Assembly: GCA_028023455.1 (NCBI GenBank)
Contig: JAQFVV010000009.1
Coordinates: 3,906,001 to 3,970,000 of the forward strand
DNA from: Epiperipatus broadwayi
Lineage: Eukaryota > Animalia > Onychophora
Direction: 5' to 3'
Length of the DNA: 64,000 nt
Shown piece by piece: positions 48,553 to 62,149 of the stretch. The notes beneath the pieces are model-generated. The model did no database searches. It was not told the origin of the DNA and worked only from the letters and a program-made list of their open reading frames with translations. Made by a program: the position numbers and the translations under genes. Position 1 is the first letter of the stretch. Each line of letters opens with the position of its first letter.

Positions 48553-50020
48553 TTAATTTCTCTAACCACTTTTCATCTTTTCCTCTCTGCATATATCCCA
48601 ATAAAGTATGAGTCCACTTCCTGTTGTGAGTGGGAGCATTTCACTGCTTACTTGCTCCACAAGGATGGAAGAATTCACATATTCAAGATAGGAGTTGGTG
48701 AGAAGTTAAATGATAAAACATAAGTGACCACTTGTTGTAACCTTTTACATCTTTTCAAGAAACTTTAAATCAGTTTAAAGCCAAAATAACTCAATTCACT
48801 AAACGTTTTATTCTATGCAAATGGCCACCATTAATCAAGCAAAAGCTAATATAAATAACCACTAAAATCATTAAAACTAGATTAAAATCAAGAAAACGTC
48901 TTTAAAATTTAGTCTAATAATTCAAAAGAGGAAATAATAACAAAAATCCTAATTTTCATAATACAAATATATAATCAAAACTTTATAACAGAGGGGACCA
49001 CTTCCTGTCATGGGCGGGAGCATTTCACTGCCTACTGGTTCCACCAGGATGGGAGGATTCACATATTCAAGATGGAAGTTGGTAAGAAGATAAATGATAA
49101 AACATAGGTGACCACTTGTTTTAACCTTTTACACCTTTTCAAGAAACTTTAAATCAGTTTTAAGCCAAAATAACTCAGTTTTCCAATCGTTTTATTCTAT
49201 GCAAATGGCCACCATTAATCAAGCAAAAGCTAATATAGGTAACCACTAAATACAAACCATTAGATTTTATAATTGGAACCCTAATTAAGCATCAAAATTA
49301 GAACTCAACTTGGATTAGAAGAACTCAATAGGATCAGTAAAGCAGAATTATACCTGAGGACCTAGTGGGACCATGAATCTAATCATTGTTTTTGCCTGAA
49401 TTCTCAGTCTCAAGGGTAGAGATGATGGCCATGGAGGATTTGTTTCAGCGGGATCGATCGGCAATCATCACCACACCTAAGTCTAGAGAGATCTGGCAAT
49501 GTTCTCGTGGCCCTCTCTGATTTGGTTGGTGTTCCGGACATGCTGAACCTATGTCACACCCAGATTAATTATAACCCACTTACAGCAGGGGCTGAAGCAG
49601 CTTAACCTTGTCCAAGGAGTGGGTCTGGGTTCTCGCTAAACTGAGTTCTGTCTGATGGGTCTGGGGGAGCTGCTTGGAGACTTGCCAGGTGTGCTGAGAG
49701 CTGATTGTCCTGCATAAACTCTCCTCAAATGGGCATAGCATCACCTTGATTGACTAACATTTGATCTGTGATAATTCATATCCTTTCCCCCTCTTTTTAT
49801 GTTTTTTCTTGATGTTTGTAGTTGAAATGCATTTTTTATATACCTGTAATACCTAATCTATTGTATAAGGTGGTTCTGTTGCTTTGAGCCACCACCCAGT
49901 TTCAGAATATCAATGTAACATTGTAGCCTCTATGGCCCACTGCTGCAGGTGACAGAATGTGGTCCCTGCACAGGTGGATCATACTTTAGTGACTTAATAA
50001 AGTTGCTTTAAGGGGAAAAA
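48553..50020 (+). mobile_element. Unclassified 1.47-kb retroposed insertion with two 253-bp direct repeats, a GC-richer body, 3' stem-loop and AATAAA
   Basis: 18-bp TSD aaacaatataaagtataa at 48535-48552 and 50021-50038. Repeats at 48614-48866 and 48998-49250. Hairpin ccac..tgcagg..cctgca..gtgg at ~49935-49977. Confidence 0.7.
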
Positions 50021-51323
50021 AAACAATATAAAGTATAAAGAGGAAATGATTCAGAATTTGTACAGTTGTTTCCAATGTATTTATTATTGTGCAACTCATA
50101 TTATAAAAAAATGAAAACCTAAATCATTCAGGTGAGTCACTAAAGTATTCTTTTTCATCATATATAATCAATTTATACCACAAACCTATTCATTTTTAAT
50201 TACAATACATATATATAGTTCTCCCAAAAATGCTTTGAAATAAAGCAAAATGAGAAAATATTAATTTGTCATCAGTAATGCTTTTAATATATTTTTTTAC
50301 TATCATAACGACTGATGTACAATATGAATTAAAATGAGAAACTGATAAAAAAAATTTATAAAGATAAATAAATTTGAATTAATAAATGAATGAATACTAT
50401 AAGTATTAACTTTAATAATATTATTATTGCTAGGACTTGGAGGATGGGGGTGGATAGATGCCTTTGAGATATGGTGTTACAAAAAATGTGTCGAAATTCC
50501 TGTACTACTTACAAGAACTTAATGTGTTAATTAAGAAAATGAATAATAATATATTTTGGACATATAACAAGTCTGAACACTATAAAAAAGCTTCTTATAT
50601 AAGGAAAGATGGGACATCATCATCTATATGGCAACTTTCCAATGCAATGAATGGATCAAAGAGAAAAAAAAAGTTCAAAATCATGGAGAAAAATGAATTT
50701 TTTGCATGAAACTACTACATCCACTCAAGAGTTATAGATTGAGATGAGAAAAGGGAAGAGTAAAAAAAAATTCTTATGCAAAACATTTATTTTTTATTAT
50801 TTTCTTCCTCTAATAATTTTAATTTAATTAATTTTAAATGAATCAAAATTGACAAGTTTTACTATATTATTATGAAATATTCACATTACAAGATCCTATT
50901 ATTTTTATAACAATACCCCGTCTAATTTATTACAATATACATATATAATGAATTCTGTAACTCAAAATCCATGATGGTGGCTCAGTAAATTACTTCCAGT
51001 GCTCAAATCTCTTATAAACTCCCAAGCTGATTATTTATATTCTAACAATTACAATCAAATGAATATAAATGAAATAAATACATTGCAACGATTGTAGTCA
51101 AATTAATATAAATACTACAGCAAAGATTTCAAATAATTTATTATTCTGAGTAATTTTAGTGATTTGCTAATGTTTTCATTTGCTACTTTTATTTTTAAAT
51201 ATTCTGGGACTAATCATTGCTAATTCAAAAGTAGAAAAAAAGTAATTTATATAGTGGTTTTTAAATTTTTAAATATTCACTTATTTATATAAGATCAAAA
51301 TATGAAAAGGCATTTTCTAGTGA

Positions 51324-51331
51324 TGACGTCA
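51324..51331. promoter_or_regulatory. CRE palindrome TGACGTCA in a CpG-retaining patch
   Basis: Perfect octamer with neighbouring CpGs (51320-51600); function not shown. Confidence 0.3.
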
Positions 51332-51391
51332 CCGTATCTGATATAAAATTTCTGAGATATTTTTATAAAAATGGGTTTTTACAATATAGCT

Positions 51392-51705
51392 TGAATATAC
51401 AAAATCATATAAGATATTAAGTTTTATGTAAATATATATACGAAGATGTTAAATTTAATTACGTCATAAAATATATTAAGTGTTTAATAACTAGAATTTA
51501 TTACCTTAGATTGTAATCTAAAAAGTATATAATGAATATACAAAATCACATAAAATATGGAGTTTTATGTAAATATATACATAGAGATGTTAATACGCAA
51601 CCTTAATTACATCATAAAGTATATTAAGTATTTGATAACTAATTAAATCAAACAAAAGTTATATTTAGAATAGAAATTTATTACCTTAGATTATAATCTG
51701 AAAAA
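51392..51705. repeat. Diverged tandem duplication containing two copies of a putative 13-nt minus-strand microexon (51505-51517 and 51685-51697)
   Basis: Unit begins tgaatatacaaaatca at 51392 and 51532. ttttag|ATTACAATCTAAG|gtaata and tttcag|ATTATAATCTAAG|gtaata. Confidence 0.6.
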
Positions 51706-51949
51706 TACAGAACAGTTAAAATGTTTATAGTTTATGTACAAAAAAAAAAAAAACACACACACGTTAAAAAAATACTTGCTTTTCAATATTTATTTTTTTT
51801 TTATTCAAAAAAATGTTTAAAAATGCAATAAAATATGATTAAACTTAATATTTGTCTTTGTTTTCATTATTAGCAAGGAAATAGTTTTTATCATTATAGC
51901 ATTTTTTTAAGAAGAAAAATAAAATAGGGAGATATTTTTAATATTATAT

Positions 51950-52062
51950 ATATAGAGAGAGAGTGAAAAGGGAGGAGGGAGAAAGGGAGCAGAGAGGTAG
52001 AGAAAAGATAATAGAAAAGGGAGAAAAAGAGAAAGGGGAGGGAGAAAAGAGAAAGAACTAGA
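51950..52062 (+). repeat. Polypurine (GA-rich) low-complexity tract
   Basis: About 110 bp of almost only G and A. Confidence 0.8.
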
Positions 52063-53229
52063 AAAGCAATGTAATTTAAAAAAATTTTAAAGAGAATATA
52101 CCAGAACAAAGCATATCTTCTTAAAAATACGTTTATTTTATTTTCATGAAAGTCATTATTAATTAGGACCACAACTACAGTTTAATTCTTAACCAGTTTT
52201 TATAAAATCAATTAAATTTTAACTGCAGTTTTAAAAAGCGCACTAATAATTAACCTATATATAAATGTAAGCATATGAATTAATGCTTAAATGTGTTATT
52301 ATTTAAGTAAAAATGTTTTTTTTTTCTCAATCGATTTTGCAGATAATCATTTGATTATATGATAATTTTTATGTTTTCCTGATAAGATATTGCAAATTCA
52401 GAAATTGCTTTAGCGAAATAAAACAGACATTATTCCCCCAACCATATACTCCATCAAATTATTTTTTTGAATTTTATTTCATTCCTGTTCTTGAATAACA
52501 GATAGAAATTCTATCAAAACGATTTAGTTTTTTGACTTTCTCTAGATATACAAAATTTATAGCCAGCATCATGAACTTTTTTTTTGTTCTTGACAGTTAC
52601 TGTAAGATGTTGTGATTACATTCACATTTAAAACTAGGGAATAAAATAATAATTATCTTGTGCAAATATTAATTATTAACCACACAATAGTTTTAAAAGA
52701 TCAATAAAAAAGAGTACATTTTGCCTAAAATAGCAGAAAAAATGGATTTTGCTATTTCATCTAAATCTCAAAAGATTTAATTCAATTAAAAAAAGTGAAT
52801 AGTTTATTACATGGCATAAGAAATTTGGTCACTGAAGGGATAAAGTTCAAGCCCTAATGCAACAACTTTTAGCTCCAAAGTTTGCAATTCTAACATAGCA
52901 CTAAACTGCACTAAACTAGATAGGAGATATTCTTTACCTTAAAAAATTATATACTAACCAAATTTAGTCATTAATAGTTGTGATCAATTGTGCATAAATG
53001 TCTTCATAAAGTACATTTAATCCATAGTCATGACAAGAGGGTTGGCAAGTGGCTCATTCCAATCTTTCTTTTTTTTTTTTTTAAATTAGAATTTTTTGGT
53101 CAATTAGAAATACAATATGAAAAACAATATATTTTTATGGTTATTAGGCATTGCTATCTATAGATTATCTTGTGTTCATAATTGAGGATTCTTGATTTTT
53201 TGGGAGGTGCAATATTCAGGTTTCAGGTA

Positions 53230-54655
53230 ACTGATAAATTGCCCAGGTGTTATGAAATAGTCCCATAGGGGCTACTATTCATCTCTTATCTTAATTTTCT
53301 CTATGATTTTACAAGATATAGAGATTAAATCACAGTTATTATTTTTGAAGATTAATTGACATTGTAGTAACCAGATGGGGATTTTCGGCTTGGATAAACA
53401 TAGTATATGTGGAGGTGAGAAGGCAATCCAGCCCTTGATCACAAATACCCTAACCAGGGAATTTAGGCCTCGTACATTAATGGCTTTAATCAACAACTGC
53501 ATTGCAATCAAACATGGCCAAAGCAAAAGCAAATGTGTAATTAGCCATTCTGATAGCAAGTGGAATTCCATAGTTGGCCTTCAGGATCGATGTCTAGATT
53601 ATTATTATTGATTTGATTGGATTGATATTGTATTGCAGGAGTGCCTGTTGTGATTGATAGGCTGTTCTTATTCAAATATGAAAACTCCATTGGATGGACT
53701 TGATTGTCAGGGGATTGATAATCACTCTCATCTGTTGATGTTAAAGTATTTTTTCATTTTTTTTGTCTTTTTTATTTCTTGGTTTTGTTAGATTTGGATC
53801 TAAACTGATAGGTTTAGTATGATCATGACTAGTATCTGAAGTTAATAAATTATTATCATCGTGTTGAGAAGTACTTGTGTCTATTGTTTTCCTCTTTATG
53901 GCTTTGATGTCATGGATGATTGAATGATTATTTGCTTTCATTGGATTATGGTTTGTTTGTGTTGTTTCTACTTCACTGGTTTCCTTGACCTCAGAGGGTC
54001 CACCATTCAATATATGGTTTTTCCCTGTCATTTCCATTTGTTCATCACTTTTGAAAACTTGTTTGTTCTAAGTGTGGTGAGGAGGCTTGTCTTGGATAAG
54101 TTCAACTCCTTTTCATAAGTTGCATTTATGATTTTCTTCTCTTGATGTTTTGACACTTTTTGCAAATACATGTTGGATATTGTTTAATGAGGTGGTTTCT
54201 GTCCCCACAGAGAAAACATTGAGGTGGAATCCCATGGAGTGATAAGTAAATTGGCATTCTTTCTCTGCAAGGACCAAAGAAATATCAAGTGGCAAAATGT
54301 TTTTGTAAAGGGTTAATAATATAAGAAAAGCATTATTGGATAAGATGTCTATTTTTGATTATTTTCCCCATAGAAATTTGAAATTTTTTACCTTCCCAAA
54401 TTGATCTAATAAGCTTTGCAGATTTTGTTGCGAGAATTTAATATGACAATTCCTTGCCAATTCAATAAGCTTAGATTGCTTGCATATCAATATTAATGAG
54501 TAATTTTCCATTTAAAGTATGGTCGTTGTTTCTAAAAGCTTGTCTTTGGAATTGATTCACAAATTCAACAATGGAATAGTGTTTGTCTGGGTGATGGAGA
54601 ATTCTATTGATTACCTTACTAAGGTTCTGTTCCTTAACACAGAGGGCATTCCATT
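53230..54655 (-). mobile_element. L1/Tx1-like LINE 5' half: ORF1 remnant + start of APE endonuclease
   Basis: LIKAINVRGLNS...PHILCL is the APE N-terminal motif. Upstream frames give IVEFVNQ..DHTLNGKLL and NLQSLLDQFGKVKNF, resembling RRM-type ORF1. Confidence 0.65.
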
Positions 54656-54664
54656 GGAAAACAG

Positions 54665-55712
54665 TGAAGCAAAGAAAAGAAAGGGTTTGGTAAAGAAATT
54701 TACAGTGTTTTCATATAATAAATATGATGTAGCTAGAATTGTATAGAAGGGGGTTGCAGTAGCAGGGTTAACATATGGTAATGATGCATTGTGTTAGTAA
54801 AGGAGTATTAGATTACTTAGAAAAAGTACAAAGGGAAATAGGAAGACATGCATTAGATGCAGAGATGTGGACAGCAAAAGAGGCAATTCAATGACAAAAG
54901 GAATAGTCAAGTTTTTATATAAAAGATGCAAAAAGTAAAATGAAAATGTTTGGTAGGTTGCAGTTTATGGATAATAAAAGCATAGCCAAAATAGTATTTA
55001 ATTGGGTTATGAGTAAAGGGCAGGCAACAAGATGGTGAGAAAGGTAATGCAGTATGCAGAAGATTTGGATAAAGAATTTATATCAGTATACTTGTACAAA
55101 AGGTAGGATGATCATGTTAGGAGGATTGTTAAGTGTTATGGTGGTAAGAAATGGGATAAAAGAATAGATGCATTAATAAAGAATAGGGAGTTGGAGAGAT
55201 GAAAAACTAGTATGGAGAGTAAAAAAAGTTTAAATATATATAGAAGTAAACAGAATATTGGGTGCAAGTTAATTTATGATAATAGCAAGGATCTTTAGCA
55301 ACAAGATAGTAAACATGTAAATAGAAAAATATGAGTGATTTAGTTTTCAAATTGTATAAGGAAGGCATAGAAAATATTAGGCATCTGTTGATTGAATGTA
55401 AATGCTTGAAAGAAGAAAGGGTACAAATAATGAAGTTAAGAAAAAATAAATATGAACAAAAGTGATTATATAGAAAGTAGGTTATTGGTTTTTATGTTAG
55501 GTTTAGGAAAAGATAAGGGGGATTTAGATATAAAGGCCATAAAGTTAACAAAGATTATGTTGAGGAAATGGGATGGAGCAGATTATGGGAAAGCTTAGGG
55601 TGGAGAATGGAATGGGAAGGTAAAGTGGATAACAGGTTTCTTTGGGCATAGTTGCTGAGAGATTCCTGACTCCATTTAAGGAGAAGTCACAGTACATCAC
55701 ATCATATCAGCT
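54665..55712 (+). mobile_element. 5'-truncated LINE, 3' portion (post-RT region, CCHC motif, ACATC-type tail)
   Basis: Homologous to the 57047-57472 ORF region; ends agtacatcacatcatatcag. Confidence 0.8.
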
Positions 55713-56911
55713 ACTTTAAAAAAGCCTAAAATTATTCCCAAGATTAAGTGAAAATACCAAAAAAGGGGAAACTAATAATATAAATAATAGCAAAATCATC
55801 TCTCACATCGATGTAAATAATGATAAACTTACAACAACTAGAAACAAGGAGAATTGGATGGGCAAGAAATTCATAAAAGCTATAATCAAGGCACAACTAT
55901 TCAAAACCCAAAACTGAGTGTAAAAATGAATTGTAGGGAAACTGATTTTCCAGATATCTCTCTCACTAGTAGAATTACTCCAATCAAGACCAAGATTAGT
56001 TCACCACAAGATAATGATATTCATCCTGAAACACCAAATCATACTCTTCTAAATCCACAATCCCATGAGAACAAGCAAAATTATGCTAATATAACTACAA
56101 AAAATCTAAATAAAAATAATACCTTAACCAAGCAAAAGCAACCAGCATATTTAAACACCATTGCTCATTAATGAAAACCAAGATTATTTTCCAATGGATG
56201 ATCACCATGAAGGCAATAATACTAACCCAAATCTAACACAATCCAACTATAATTTAAATGATTATGAAAACATTAGTGAACAATTCAATGACAGATTACC
56301 ACAAAACCTCTGTTAATTCTTTTTTCACTTCCACAATGAGTTCTCATTGATTTTAACTGCCACAAATAAAAAATGTCAACTCTTTACTTTCCAGTAGATG
56401 AATTCTTTGTTATGATTAAAGGAATTATTGTGATATTTATTGAGATAGTTAATATTTTCAGTGGAATTATTAGTACTATTTGAATTTTGTTTGTTTGTTT
56501 GTTTTTATTTTGACCATTTTAAAGTTTTTATTCATTGATTTTGATTATTTTCAATGCAACACCCTCTACACTAATGGGGTTATCACTGTGATCATCTTGG
56601 GAGTGGAAATTTTCAATGGAATTTTCAGTTTTATTGGAATTTTGAGCTTGGAAATCAGTTTTTATTGATTTTCCTTCATTTTGATTAGTTGTCAACATTG
56701 TTTGATTGCTCTTAAGTGGCTTTTTTTCTATGTTTTAAGCTTAGATTCTTTGTTTCATTTGGTTCTTGTAATTTTTGTGCTTTTTGATTTATATACTCAA
56801 AATGCTTACTCATATTTTAAAAGATGCTTTAGAACAATTAAAATATGACTGTACCTTACACCTTTTCCTCCAACTCCCTCTAGAAAACTGGCAATATTTT
56901 GGTTTTTTTAG

Positions 56912-58042
56912 GATGAACTGATGTGATATGCACTGTGACTTCTCCTTATATGGAGTCAGGAATCTCTCAGCAACTATGCCCATAGAAACCTGTTAGCCAC
57001 TTTGAACTCCTTTCCATTCCCTACCCCCATTTTTTCATATTCTTTTCTACCCTGCTCCATCCCATTTCCATAACATAAACTTTGTCAATTCCATGGCCTT
57101 TATATCTAAAACCCCTTTAACTTTTCCCAAACCCAGCATAAAAATAAATAAGCCACTTTCAATATAATCACTTTGTTCATATTCATTCTTCCACAATTTC
57201 ATTATTTGTATCCTTTCTGCTTTCAGACATTTACATTGAATTAACAGATGCCTAATATTTTCTATACCTTCTTTACAGAGATTACAGCCTAAATAACCCA
57301 TATTTCTCCATTTACACGTATATTTCCTTGTTGTTAAAGATCCTGTTTGAGCCTTAAATAATAAACTACTTTCCTTGCTATTATCATAAATTAACTTACA
57401 CCCAATGTTCCGTTTACTTCTATATATATTTAAACTCTTTTTACTCTCCATACTAGTTCTCCATCTCTCCAACTCTCTATTCTTTATTAATGCATCTATT
57501 CTTTTATGCCATTCCTTACCATTATAACACTCAACAATCCTTCTAACACAATCATTCTACCTTTTTTAAAGTATACTGATATAATTTTTTTATCGAAATC
57601 TTTTGCATACCGCATTTCTCACCCATCTTGTTGCCTGGCAATCGTAACCCAATTACATACTATTTTGGCTATTCTTTTATTATCCATAAACTGCAACCTA
57701 CCAAACATTTTTATTTTGCTTTTTGCATCTCTCATATAAAAACTTGACCATTCTATTTGTTTTTAAATTGCCTCCTTTGCTGTGTCACACTTCTGCATCT
57801 AATGCATGGCTTCCCACTTCTTTTTGTACTTTTTCTAAGTAATCTAATATCCCTTTACTAACACATAATACATCATTACCATATATTAACCCTGCTACTA
57901 TCATTCCCTTTCATACAATTCTAGCTACATCATATTTATTATAGAAAAACATTGTTAATTTCTTTATCAATCCCTTTTTTTTTCTTTGCTTCATTTAACA
58001 ATTTTTTCTCCCATTCATCAAAGCAATTTTTCTGATTTCTTA
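56912..58042 (-). mobile_element. Second copy of the same LINE 3' portion, opposite orientation
   Basis: ORF 57047-57472: KKSLNIYR..IYDNSKESSLLFKAQTGSL..CNLCKEGIENIRHLLIQC (C-x2-C-x8-H-x4-C); same tail. Confidence 0.85.
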
Positions 58043-58395
58043 ATGATTATATGATGTGATGTGATGTACTTTGGCTGCTCTTAAATGAAGTCAAGAATAT
58101 CTGAGCAATTATGCACAGATAAACATGCTAGTCACTTAAATTTCCATTCCCCATTCTGTTTTCCCATATTCTGCTCCATCCCATTTCCACAACATAATCT
58201 TTGTCAACTCTATGGCCTTTATATCTAAATCCACCTTATCTTTTTCAAACCCAGCATAAAAAAACAATAATTCACTTTCTGTATATTCACTTTTTTCATA
58301 TTTATTCTTTCATAACTTCATTATATGTAACCTTTCTATTTTCAAGCATTTACATTCAATTAACAAATACCTAATATTTTCTATTCCTTCCTCCA
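58043..58395 (-). mobile_element. Third, shorter copy of the same LINE 3' end
   Basis: (GATGT)n tail at 58052-58067 and homology to ~56930-57275. Confidence 0.75.
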
Positions 58396-58399
58396 TTTA

Positions 58400-59130
58400 A
58401 CAAATAAAAATATTTATTAGTCACCTATGATCTATTTCCCAAAAATGTTACTGCTTACTCAATACCCCAAGCCAATACTAAACATATGATCAAAGTATTG
58501 AGTACCCTCCAATTTCCAATGATAGGAAAGCCTAAAACCATACTAACTGATCATGGTACTTCTTTTCTATCTAAGGAATGAAAGAAATGGATAGATATAT
58601 CAAAAATAAAACGTGCTAATCTCTATTAGGAATCCACAATCAAACACATACAAACGTATTATGCAGGGGCTTGGACATTTGTTTAGGACCTATTTAGAGG
58701 AAGAGCATAAGGGTTGGGTAAAGCAGACAAAACATGTAGTTGAGTATATCAATTGGAGCTTAAATGAATCTACTGGATTCTCACCCATCCAACTACCCTT
58801 TAATCAAATCATACCTATACTATTTAAAAAATATATACCCATAATTAATGAACCTAAAATAAATGGAGAAAAAGACATTTTACATGCTCATAGCAATTTA
58901 TTAAAACAGCAAGTAATAGAAGTCGGAATAAAAAATGTATTTATGAATTTAAAGTTGGAGATAGAGTCTTCATAAAGACTTCCCATCCCAGTAAACCATT
59001 AGAGAATAAATATCATAAATTTTACAACACATATGAATGATCTTATACAACTGTTACAGGTCCTAATGCATTTTGGATTAATCAAGGAGAGATTTGTGGT
59101 ATGTATAATTCATGAATTTTAAAACCTTAT
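58400..59130 (+). mobile_element. Gypsy-type LTR retrotransposon integrase remnant
   Basis: IGKPKTILTDHGTSFLSKE*KKW and LFRTYL.EEH.GW....INWSLNESTGFSP motifs, with stops and frameshifts. Confidence 0.75.
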
Positions 59131-62100
59131 TTTGATTGTTTATAATGATATATTGAAAAATAAGGTAATCATCAAGATAAGTATATGGGAAATGTAAACT
59201 ATATGGTTGTAAAAAAAATTAGTGATCAATGTAAAAAAAATTAAGAACATTAACTTTGATGAGGGTATTCTCCAATTAATATTCAAATGTGATTATTGGG
59301 ATGCCTTAAAATAAGTTAAAATAATGGAGTCAATTTATATTAATAAATGGATACTCTGATATTTATTTAGACCTTTTCAAATCCATAAGTCTTAAAGAAT
59401 CAGGTATAGTAAATATATTTATGTGATATCCAAGAAGGAAACACATTATTATTATTTTTTTTAATTTTAACCATCAAAGTCCTTAATTTTTGATCATTAT
59501 AAAAAAACAATATAGCCCAAATATAAGGAAGATGAAATAGTTAAAAATTATTCAACCTTTCATAAAATCCAAATATAAATGTAACTATATTATAGGAACA
59601 TACTAAGATATTTATTAGTGTTAAAATTTTTAACTTAAATTAAAATTTTAACTCTCTAAGGAAGAGGAAATGTAATAGTAACTTTCAGTTAACCTGATAT
59701 AGGAATACACTAAAATACTTATACATTCATTTATAATTATCTCTAATTAAGCTATTTATTAATCAAAATGTATTTGACTATTTTAATATGCATACATATA
59801 TATATACCATTTATTTTAATAAAAATAAACAAAATGATACATACTTTAATGTTAAACTTTTAGATAATCCAGATTTGAAATTGAAAAATAAACAATTTTA
59901 TATATTTTTTATTATATCTTAATATTCATTTATAACAATGAATATTTAAATCAAGCATGGAAAATTGAAACAAAAAACATGTGATACAGACAATTCATTT
60001 GGTCTCTTGATAATAAAGAAGAGGAAAATATTACTATTTTATATGGGAATTGAATTTTAACTATATTTGAAAAGTTTAACTTTTTTAAATTAAAAATATT
60101 AATTTATTCATTTGGAAATTGAAACCTATGGATTAAAAAAGATTACAAGAAAAATATTTTAATTTTCTTTTAAATCTGAAAAAGAATAGTAACATAAAAA
60201 ACATCTATTTGGGCTATTGGAAACTTCTTTATTTTAATATTTTGTTTTTCTATGTATCTTGTTTTTTTACATATATAAGTATATTGAAAATAATTATAAA
60301 TATATAATAAATCTTACAATGTGTAGTGAGTAAAACAACGTATCGTAAAGGTTTTGAAACCAACTTTCATGCTAATTTAAGATATTTATTGTGTAGAACA
60401 TCTAATAGAAAATGGAGATTAAGAACACCAATCTTCGAAGGATATATATTTTATCTTATATCAACAAAATCATTGGATAATGTTAATAATTTGTCAATTT
60501 AGGATAAATAAATAATTGCTATACCAAGAGATTAATATACTTCACAGGAGAACTCCATTAGGATTATGAACTATGGACTTAAAGATCCATTCTTACTTAA
60601 CTCAGAAAAATAAGTTTTTCTTTATTATTTATATATTTTATATTATTATTTATCTTACTTTAATATGTTTAATTTTATCAATTTTTTTTTATTTCAAATT
60701 TGGTATCGTATCTTTATAGTAGTAGGAATACTTAAATTTAATTTTATAAATATAAATTAAAAGTTTGACAAAATTCATCAAAATTAAATGAAGCAAAAAA
60801 AAATTGTTATTATTTAATAGATATTAGAAACAGAATTATGTTTACTATATAATATAGTAAACATATAATATATTTAATTTATTATAAATACATATAAAAC
60901 AAGTTTTACAATTGTAAATAATACTTATATAATAATAATTATGAAACATATGAACAAAGATTGTAAATGTATTAATAAGTTATTTAAATTATTTTTTTTT
61001 TGAATTTATATATATATATCTGTTAATTTGAATTATATTTTTTTTTTTTTGAAAAGTTTATTATGGTATGAAATTTTATCATAGAGTATTGAATGGGGAT
61101 ATTATTTATTAATCTTTCAAAATGATAAAAATTCATCCTTATTTTTCATTAAGATTTTATTTATCTTTTACATTATATTTTTTATTGTTTATTAAATATT
61201 GAGTTATTAATTTGATCTCTTTGCCTAATCATTATTATATATTATATTATATATTTATAAATAAATGCACTAATCATTATTAGTTACATAACAATTGTTT
61301 TATATATATATGTGTTAATATTATAAACACCATAAGAATATCATTAGCCAATGCTTATATAAAAGCATATTAGAAAATGACTTGTATAAAATCATCCCTG
61401 AAAAGAGCCAATTGCAAATTCTCCATGAGTTTGAATATCATGGCATAATGGTGATTGAAAGAGGGATGAGAGATGGATGAACTAGTCTAAATTATATCTA
61501 AATTTGTCTGATGATTATTGAGCTAGCATAGTAAAGATAGATGTAATCATGGACTTAGCATTTCGTTTCATTTTCAGCATTCTACCTGAAAACCCAAAGT
61601 CCAATTGTAGTGAAATGCGCACTTTCTTTCTGGTGAAAACCAACATCTCGTGCCACCTGGTGGCTCTTTTTATCATAATAAACATAAATACATTTTATTT
61701 CCTCTCGTAATTAATAAATATTTTAATGATTCTAGAAGAGGAAAAATGTGCATTACAATGTTGTTTCTTGAATTCAGTTTTATTATAGTATAGTAATTAT
61801 TGTATATGTTGAATATTTAAATATTAGACATTTGTGAACTAATCAAACTTTTCAAAGTAATTTTTTGTTTTATTTATTTATTTTAAAAATAATTTTTATT
61901 TTTGTTATGATCTATACAGATTCTATTATATTCTTGTACTAACAAATATTTTAAATTGTGTGTAAATAAAGTTTTAATTAAATCATGTACATTGCACTAA
62001 AAGTACTGTTATCCCCCCCCCCCTAGAATAAATATTCTAGAAAAATGTATTATAAAAAGAACTTTTAAAATAAATTATGTAAATTTGCAGAGCAAATAAA

Positions 62101-62149
62101 AAAAAATCTGAGATTCTTAGTGGACAGCAGTCAAAAGCAGACAGTCACA

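Noticed and set aside
61487-61540. ctgatga with a 4-bp stem followed by taaag
   Set aside because: GAAA is broken and no stem I or III can be formed.
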